The notes beneath the pieces are model-generated. The model had not been told where the DNA came from. It worked only from the letters and a program-made list of their open reading frames with translations, and did no database searches. DNA of 64,000 bases from Eledone cirrhosa (Eukaryota): the NCBI GenBank assembly GCA_964016885.1, contig OZ024765.1, positions 1,674,001-1,738,000 of the forward strand, read 5' to 3'. Shown piece after piece: positions 54,900-64,000 of the stretch; position 1 is the first letter of the stretch; every line of letters begins with the position of its first letter. Position numbers and translations under genes: made by a program.

Positions 54900-55331
54900 C
54901 GACATATGAGTGTCCAACAAAAGTTAAATGTGAGAAAGTGAACTGATGTTGAACTACCCACACAAAGTTTTGTTTTAAGGGGTCAAGGTTTGTGTAGGAC
55001 CAACCACAGTTTTTGGGAACTGACGACAGATATTGTTGGTGCCAATGTTTGCCACGGAAAATAGAAAAACAGCCCTCAGCTTTTTATGCCTCGGAGTTTA
55101 GCCTCTCCGTATATTAAATAAAAAATTTTAAATAATACTATTGGGATGGCCGTTGACTCTCCTGAGTAACTCCGCCCTTTGCCGAGTCTTGTATTTCACC
55201 CTGCAGGGTGTGCAAATGTCACCCTCCTCACCAAGCTAGCTTGGTGAGGTTGCCGGTTTAGTAGCCGACGAACCAACCATGAAACAGGTTGTACTGGGTT
55301 ACATGTTACCAGTAGCACTCGAGAGTGACCT

Positions 55332-55333
<2 letters not shown>
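54900..55333 (-). mobile_element. Probable RTE 5' end relic with HDV-like ribozyme remnant
   Basis: - strand caggt-cac-tctcga-gtg-ctactg-g...C-TAA-accgg fits P2/P3/L3/P1'/J4-2 order; followed by a 24-bp palindrome at 55226-55249. Confidence 0.45.
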
Positions 55334-55425
<92 letters not shown>

Positions 55426-55444
55426 CACATATATATATATATAC

Positions 55445-55479
<35 letters not shown>

Positions 55480-55967
55480 CACAAACACATACATATATAC
55501 ATATATATATATACAGACACACAAACACATACATATATACATATATATATATACACACACAAACACATACATATATATATATACACACACAGCGTTCCTA
55601 TTATTACCTGAGCTTAATTATAGTAGAGAGAGCTGTAAACCCAAACACTCTAATCACGTGGGAACATCTTTAATTAATACTTGACCTTTGACACCACTAA
55701 TTAGGCTCGTTAAACCCTGATTGCTCAGCTTGTGTATATATATTTACTGTCTTATTTGACTAACATGTATCTGACGTTATTTAACCATGTTTGGAACATA
55801 ACTTAACAAAGGTTCTTACATAAAATTATGGTGGAAGATAAATATAAACACTTTAACCCTTTCGTTACATATTTCTAATATACGACTGGAATATAGGATG
55901 CACTCTAAATTTAACATGAATATCCAGCAATAATCCATATATATGTATATATATGTGTGTGAATATG

Positions 55968-56001
<34 letters not shown>

Positions 56002-56404
56002 TGTCAGAGTGTTGTAGTTTGCTTGAACCATTGTTGAATAGGAAACACAAACTTAAATAATTTTGAAAACCATACAATGCATAGAGAAAATTAAAATGGC
56101 TAAGACAACAATAGAATCTTACCTTAGCAAATTTAATAAAAGAGATTATTAAATTTGCTAAGGTAAGATTCTATTGTTATCTTAGCCATTTTAATTTTAT
56201 AGTGGATTGTATGGTTTTCAAAATTATTTAAATTTATGTATATATAGAGCAAGAATGAGGGGCTCATTCTACTGACATGGCTTTAAAAATGAGGCTTGTT
56301 TGCATAATTGCAAACGAATCGAATGTTATTATTACTATTTGAAAAACTCAGATTACATTTATTGTATTCAGCCATGTAGAGGGAAATATTTATTTTTCCT
56401 ATAT

Positions 56405-57300
56405 GATGATCATCATCATCACCGTTTTACGTTCCATTCTTCCACGCTAGCATGGGTTAGATGGGTTGTCCTGTTGTGGGCAGTGTCTGGTCGGCTGACC
56501 TTGTCTTGTTCATACGGGAACTGATTCTGGCTTGATTTCTACAGCTGGATGCCCTTCCTAACACCAACCTCATTTACAGTGAGTGCTGGGTGCTTTTGTA
56601 CGTGACACCTACACGTCCACTTCACAGTGTGGGCTGGGTGTTTTTTTGTCGTGGCACCTACATGAGCACTTTACAGAGTGTACTGGGTGTTTTTTTGTTG
56701 TGGCACCTACATGACCACTTTACAGTGTGGGCTGGGTGCTTTTTGCCATGACACCTTAAATGACCACTTTACAGAGTGTACTGGGTGCTTTTTGTTGTGG
56801 TACCTCCACATCCACTTTGCAGTGGAAGAGGGTGGGAGCATATTGTCCATATTCTTCAGCTTCGGCTTCTATCTGTGGGAAGTCGGGTCATATATATACA
56901 TATATATCATTTCATCATCATGATTTCATTTTACGTCCGCTTTTTCCCTGCTTGCAAGGGTGGGACGGGAACTGATTCTGGCTTGATTTCTACAGCTGGA
57001 TGCCCTTCCTAACACCAACCTCATTTACAGTGAGTGCTGGGTGCTTTTTTGCCGTGGCACCTCCACGTCCACTTTGCAGTGTGGGCTGTGTGCTTTTTTG
57101 CCGTGGCACCTCCACGACCACTTTACAGTGGAATGATAGGGACCCCAGTCCTATCATCTCATTTCTACAGCTGAGTAAACTGGAGCAACGTGAAATAAAG
57201 TGTCTTGCTCAAGGACACAACACATCACCCGGTCTGAGAATTGAACTCACAACCTTTTGATTGTAAGGCCAATGCTCTAACCACTAAGCCACGTGCCTCC
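56405..57300 (-). mobile_element. Two SINE family A copies, with 2-5 diverged internal 48-bp units
   Basis: SINE tail, body and head (ending gtgcctcc at 57300), 88 nt upstream of the third exon. Confidence 0.85.
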
Positions 57301-57388
57301 ATTATATATATGTATATATATATGTGTATACGTTGTCGGTCTTATATATATGTATATATATGTATATGTTGTTCTTGTCGTTGTTCAG

Positions 57389-57480
57389 GTTATGGCTTTG
57401 TTGATTTTGAAACTCCCCAAGCTGCAGAGTATGCTGTCCAAGAACTTCAAGCCAGTGGATTCCAAGCTCAGATGGCTAAG
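57389..57480 (+). CDS. shep: RBMS/shep coding exon (92 nt) with RNP1 and end of RRM1
   Basis: Acceptor ttcttgtcgttgttcag| and donor AAG|gttggt. Translates (G)[30 protein letters not shown], completing RNP1 KGYGFVDF and the family-typical QAQMAK end. Confidence 0.93.
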
Positions 57481-58495
57481 GTTGGTGCCATCTTTGTCTC
57501 TCTCACTACTTCATTAGCTTTCTGCTTTTAGCCCTCTCTGTCTGTCAGTCTGTCTGTCTGTGTGTGGGGGAGGGGGGGTATGTGAGTGCTTGTGGTAATT
57601 TGTGTGTTTGTGTGTGTGTCTCTGTGTGTGTGTGTGGGAGGGACATCTGAGTGGTTGTGGTAATATGTGTGTGTATATTTGTGTGTGTGTGTGTGTCTGT
57701 GTGGGAGGGACATCTGAGTGCTTGTGGTAATGTGTGTGTATATTTGTGTGTTTGTGTGTCTGTGCGGGGGGGGGGATATCTGAGTGCTTGTGGTAATGTG
57801 TGTGTGTAATATGTGTGTGTGTGGGGGGGGGGGGGATATCTGAGTGCTTGTGGTAATATGTGTGTGTATATTTGTGTGTGTGTGTGTGGGAGGGACATCT
57901 GAGTGCTTGTGGTAATGTGTGTGTGTGTCTGTGTGGGAGGGACACCGGAATGCTTGTGGTAATATGTGTGTGTATATTTGTGTGTGTGTGTGTGTGTGTG
58001 TGTACATGTAGCTCTGTGTGTGTATGTGTGTGTGAGAGAAAGTGATTGGGTCTGTAAATGTGTATGTGTGTGTGTGTGTACACATAACTCTGTGTGTGTG
58101 TAACTTTCAGTCTGTAAGTATGTTCATGTGTGTGTGTGTGTGTGTATATAAATATATATATTTATATATATGTAGGTGTACATGTATATATGTGTGTGTG
58201 TGTGTATATATATATATATGTGTGTGTGTGTATGAGAGTGTTAGAGGCAGTATTAACCAGCCAGACGTCCTTCCTGTCGCCAACCCTTATATATTACGTA
58301 TGATACATATTTTGTTCATCTTAAACCTCACCAGCTGTTGGACTGGGGGACAGGGGACAGCAACTGAAAAATCCATACATACACACATGTATGTATATAT
58401 ATGTGTGTATGTATATATATGTGTGCGTATGTATGTATATAACAATCTTTGGCCTTCTTTTCAATGTTATATATAAATATATATATATAAACTCC

Positions 58496-58593
<98 letters not shown>

Positions 58594-59069
58594 GTACCCG
58601 TTTACGTGTGTTGTATTGAGGCCCATAACTTTGTGTCTACTCTGGCATTTTTACATAATCTTGCCTATTGAGTACGCTGAGATACCACTGGTACTAGCAG
58701 GGAAACCTATTGCTAGTCCTGTCAACTTATTATATATATATATATATATATATCATCATCATCGTTTAACGTCTATCTTCCACGCTAGCATGGGTTAGAC
58801 GGGAATTGTCCCACTTGAGGCAAGATTGGTCGGGTAACCGGGTCTCGCTTGTATAGGACTGTCTGGCAGGTTTTCTATGATAATGATAATGAAATTATTG
58901 TGTACAGTGCTCAGGTGCACTACAACTAGTCAAAGGTGCATGTATAGTACATAGAATAATGTACAAATGTCAGGGAAGTGAACAGTGTATGAGTCATGAT
59001 ATACATGTGTGTATGGAGGGGGAACATTAAGTGTAGTGTTGGTGGATCTCGGGAAGCATGGAGGTTTTA

Positions 59070-60325
59070 TGGCTGGATGCCCTTCCTAACACCAAACACA
59101 TTTACAGTGAGTGCTGGGAACCTTTTGTCGTGACACCTACATGACCACTTTACAGTGTGGACTGGGAACCTTTTGTTGTGACACCTACATGACCACTTTA
59201 CAGTGTGGACTGGGAACCTTTTGTTGTGACACCTACATGACAACTTTACAGTGTGGACTGGGTGCTTTTTGTTGTGACACCTACATGACCACTTTACAGT
59301 GTGGACTGGGTACTTTTTGTTGTGACACCTACATGACCACTTTACAGTGTGGACTGGGTACTTTTTGTTGTGACACCTACATGACCACTTTACAGTGTGG
59401 ACTGGGTAATTTTTGTTGTGACACCTACATGACCACTTTACAGTGTGGACTGGGTACTTTTTATTGTGACACCTACATGACCACTTTACAGTGTGGACTG
59501 GGTAATTTTTATTGTGACACCTACATGACCACTTTACAGTGTGGACTGGGTACTTTTTGTTGTGACACCTACATGACCACTTTACAGTGTGGACTGGGTA
59601 ATTTTTATTGTGACACCTACATGACCACTTTACAGTGTGGACTGGGTACTTTTTGTTGTGACACCTACATGACCACTTTACAGTGTGGACTGGGTAATTT
59701 TTATTGTGACACCTACATGACCACTTTACAGTGTGGACTGGGTACTTTTTGTTGTGACACCTACATGACCACTTTACAGTGTGGACTGGGTAATTTTTGT
59801 TGTGACACCTACATGACCACTTTACAGTGTGGACTGGGTACTTTTTATTGTGACACCTACATGACCACTTTACAGTGTGGACTGGGTAATTTTTATTGTG
59901 ACACCTACATGACCACTTTACAGTGTGGACTGGGTACTTTTTGTTGTGACACCTACATGACCACTTTACAGTGTGGACTGGGTAATTTTTATTGTGACAC
60001 CTACATGACCACTTTACAGTGTGGACTGGGTACTTTTTGTTGTGACACCTACATGACCACTTTACAGTGTGGACTGGGTAATTTTTGTTGTGACACCTAC
60101 ATGACCACTTTACAGTGTGGACTGGGTACTTTTTATTGTGACACCTACATGACCACTTTACAGTGTGGACTGGGTAATTTTTATTGTGACACCTACATGA
60201 CCACTTTACAGTGTGGACTGGGTACTTTTTGTTGTGACACCTACATGACCACTTTACAGTGTGGACTGGGTACTTTTTGTTGTGACACCTACACAACTTC
60301 ATTAGTTTGGACTGGGTGTTGTGGT
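59070..60325. repeat. 48-bp minisatellite derived from SINE A internal segment (about 25 units)
   Basis: Unit tttacagtgtggactgggtactttttgttgtgacacctacatgaccac, following ggctggatgcccttcctaacacc. Confidence 0.93.
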
Positions 60326-61195
60326 ACCAACACAACTTTATATAGAAAGAGTGGTGTTGGCGTGAGTGTGTATGTATATCTGTGTGTATATGTATGTTTA
60401 CCACCACCACCACCACCACCAGCACCACTCTCAATAATATTACTACCACCACTAATACCACTACTACTAATGTTGCAAACAACAGCACCACCACCACCAC
60501 CACTACTGATGTTGCAAGCAGCTGCACCTCACTGCACACACAGTTAATGGGTGGGGTGGGGGACGGGGCGGGGGAGTGCATGCAAGGATGGACGGTGGTT
60601 GGGGGTGACTGGGTAGGGGTGTATCTGGGAACACCTGTTCCTTTGGAAAATATTCTCCTTCAAGACTAGCAATTATTTTTGGGGGTGGGTGGGTGGGTGG
60701 TAGTAGATGGAATGATGAGGGTGGTGGTGGTGGTGGTGGGGTGGGGTGGGGGGAAGGTTCTCCACCAGTTTCCAAGATGATCATTCTAGTTGTTTTCAAT
60801 GAACAGAACAGCTGCCTTCTGATGAAATTAGCTGGCTAGTGGCCGAGCATTCTTTCACGTCCTGTGCAGGGGTTGAATTGGATGTGATCAAGTAGAGTCC
60901 CGCTTTGCAGGCCGTGGTGCTCCAGCATGGCCACGGTCTGGCCACTGAAACTCCTCTCTCCCCATCCCCCATGAAATATCTAATGGGTGTGTGGGTGGGG
61001 TTGGGGGGGGGGGGGTGATAGATAAGGGTGGGGCTTCTGTTGTTGGAAAATAGGGGTAACAATTAATTCATAAAGCTCCCACACCTCGCAACCCTCCACA
61101 CACACATACATACACCCACATACATACACACACACACATACACACACACACATACACACACATACATACACACACACACACACACACATACACAC

Positions 61196-61228
<33 letters not shown>

Positions 61229-61639
61229 TACATACACATCACACACATACACACACATACATACACACATATACACACACACACATACATACACATCACA
61301 CACACATACACACACATACATACACACACATACACACATACATACACATACACACACACACACACACATACACAAACATACACATCACACACATACACAC
61401 ACATACATACACATACATACACACATACATACACACACTCATACATACACACATACACATACACATCTCGCACATCACACATACACACACACACATACAT
61501 ACATCGCACACACAAACACACATATCTCCATCCACACCCCACACACCCCTCCCAGTCCCCATCAATACTACTGCTGCCACCTACAGGGAAAAAAGTTAAA
61601 TGTCATTATTTCCTGACTGTAAGGACTTCACTGTAGAAT

Positions 61640-63330
61640 AGTGTGGAGTGTGTGTGTGTAGTGTGTATGGGGTGTGTGTGTGGGGTGTGTAGTGTGTGTG
61701 GGGTGTGTAGTGTGTGTGGGGTGTGTAGTGTTTGTGGGGTGTGTGGGGTGTTTGTAGGGTGTGTGTAGTGTGTGTGGGGTGTGTGTTTGTAGGGTGTGTG
61801 GGGGTGTGTGTGGGATGTGTTTGTAGGGTGTGTGCGGTGTGTGTAGTGTGTGTGGGGTGTGTTTGTAGGGTGTGTGCGGTGTGTGTAGTGTGTGTGGGGT
61901 GTGTTTGTAGGGTGTGTGCGGTGTGTGTAGTGTGTGTGGGGTGTGTGTTTGTAGGGTGTGTGCGGTGTGTGTAGTGTGTTTGTAGGGTGTGTGCGGTGTG
62001 TGTAGTGTGTTTGTAGGGTGTGTGCGGGTGTGTGTAGTGTGTGTGGGGTGTTTGTAGTGTGTGTGGGGTGTGTGTTTGTAGGGTGTGTGCGGTGTGTGTA
62101 GTGTGAGTGGGGTGTGTAGTGTTTGTGGGGGTGTTTATAGGGTGTGTAGTGTGTGTGGGGTGTGTGTTTGTAGGGTGTGTGGGGTGTTTGTAGTGTGTGT
62201 AGTGTGTGTGTGGTGGTGTTTGTAGGGGGGGGTGTAGGGGGTGTGGGGTGTGTGTGTGTGGATGATAGTAAAGAAGTGTGTGTGTACCCATAGTAGTGTC
62301 AGTGTGTACAAACTCCTTTGTTAATAAGACCAAGAGGAAGGAAGACCTGGAGCAGACTGGTGGTGGTGGTGTGGTGTTGTGTTGTGGTGGTGTTGTGGTG
62401 GTGGTGGTGGTGTGTGGTGGTGGTGGTGGTGGTGTGGTGGTGTGGTGTGGTGTTGTGGTGGTGGTGTGGTGTGGTGTTGTGGTGGTGGTGTGGTGTGGTG
62501 TTGTGGTGGTGGTGGTGGTGTGGTGTGGTGTGGTGTGGTGGTGTGGTAGTTGTAGTGGTGTGGTGTGGTGGTGTGGTGTGGTGGTGGTGGTGTGGTGTGG
62601 TGGTGTGGTGTTGTGGTGGTGGTGGTGTGGTGGTGTGGTGGTGTGGTGTGGTGGTGGTGGTGTGGTGTGGTGGTGTTGTGGTGGTGGTGGTGTGGTGGTG
62701 TGGTGGTGTGTGTGTGGTGGGTGTGGTGGTGGTGTGTGTGTGGTGGTGTGGTGGTGGTGGTGTGGTGGTGGTGGTGTGGTGGTGTGGTGTGGTGGTGTGG
62801 TGGTGGTGTGGTGGTGGTGTGGTGGTGTGGTGGTGTGGTGTGGTGGTGTGGTGTGGTGGTGTGTGGTGTGGTGGTGTGGTGGTGTGGTGGTGTGGTGTGG
62901 TGGTGTGGTGGTGGGTGTGGTGTGGTGGTGTGGTGGTGTGGTGGTGGTGGTGGTGGTGTGGTGGTGTGGTGTGGTGTGGTGGTGTGGTGGTGGTGGTGTG
63001 TGGTGTGGTGGTGGTGGTGTGGTGGTGTGGTGTGGTGGTGGTGGTGGTGTGGTGTGGTGTGGTGGTGGTGTGGTGTGGTGGTGTGGTGTGGTGGTGGTGG
63101 TGGTGGTGGTGGTGGTGTGGTGGTGGTGGGTGTGGTGGTGTGGTGGTGGTGGTGGTGTGGTGGTGGTGGTGGTGGTGGTGTGGTTGTGGTGGTGGTGTGG
63201 GTGGGTGGTGGTGGTGGTGTGGTGGTGGTGGTGGTGGTGTGGTAGTGGTGGTGGTGTTGTGGTGTGGTGGTAGTGGTGGTGAAGGTGTGGTGTGGTGGTG
63301 GTGGTGGTGGTGATTGTGGTGGTGGTGGTG
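61640..63330. repeat. (GT)n and (GTG)n low-complexity tracts
   Basis: Directly visible. Confidence 0.9.
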
Positions 63331-63399
63331 TATATATATGTGTGTGTAGAGAGAGAGAAAGAGAACATAGTGTGTGGTGGTGGTGGTGATAGAGAGAGG

Positions 63400-64000
63400 G
63401 AGAACATGGCTGTGGAAGAGAAAGAGAGAGAAAGAGAAAGAGAGAGCATGGCTGTGGTAGTGATGTAGAGAGAGAGAGAGAGAGCGCATGGCTGTGGTAG
63501 TGATGTAGAGAGAGAGAGAGAGGGAGAGAGCATGGTTGTGGTAGTGATGTAGAGAGAGAGAGAGAGAGCATGGCTGTGGTAGTGATGTAGAGAGAGAGAG
63601 GGAGAGAGCATGGTTGTGGTAGTGATGTAGAGAGAGAGAGGCAGAGAGAACATGGCTGTGGTAGTGATGTAGAGGGAGAGAGAGAGAGAGAGAGAGCATG
63701 GCTGTGGTAGTGATAGAGAGAGGGAGAGAGCATGGCTGTGGTAGTGATGTAGAGAGAGAGAGGGAGAGAGCATGGCTGTGGTAGTGATGAGAGAGAGAGA
63801 GAGCATGGCTGTTGTAGTGATGTAGAGAGAGAGAGAGAGAGAGAGAGCATGGTTGTGGTAGTGATGTAGAGAGAGAGAGGGAGAGAGCATGGCTGTGGTA
63901 GTGATGTAGAGAGAGAGAGGGAGAGAGCATGGCTGTGGTAGTGATGTAGAGAGAGAGAGAGAGAGCATTGCTGTGGTAGTGATGTAGAGAGAGAGAGAGA
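63400..64000. repeat. About 40-bp minisatellite with variable (GA)n, running off the window end
   Basis: Unit gcatggctgtggtagtgatgta(ga)n. Confidence 0.9.

Noticed and set aside
59067-60581. Cys/His-rich repeat proteins resembling zinc fingers or metallothionein (also 17098-17678, 35202-36198, 40521-41538)
   Set aside because: Artefact of SINE-derived tandem units of about 48 bp.
61596-63968. 790-aa and overlapping Pro/His/Thr-rich ORFs (also 49582-50551 and 44932-45552)
   Set aside because: Low-complexity trinucleotide repeats open in several frames on both strands, with no domain or splice evidence.

Overview
Repeat-saturated eukaryotic DNA; the SINE families and (TA)n load look like an octopod cephalopod, which is an inference from memory. 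The whole window appears to lie inside one + strand gene of the RBMS/alan shepard (shep) RRM family. Three coding exons (49111-49271, 50516-50574, 57389-57480) splice in frame to give RRM1, and no upstream or downstream exon is visible, implying an upstream intron of about 49 kb or more. That intron holds a candidate recursive splice site (TTTCAG|GTAAG at 17856/17857) and an intact two-ORF Tx1-clade LINE (22011-27654, - strand). The LINE is inserted in a 60-bp tandem array that is itself the expanded interior of a TTAA/CCC-ended MITE. Also present: a lone 5S rRNA copy abutting a SINE, Penelope-type hammerhead ribozyme motifs (one intact, sense to the pre-mRNA and inside a perfect 160-bp hairpin), an HDV-like ribozyme relic, many SINE/RTE/CR1 fragments, and more than a dozen minisatellites, most traceable to internal segments of transposons. 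Most ORFs in the supplied track are microsatellite artefacts.
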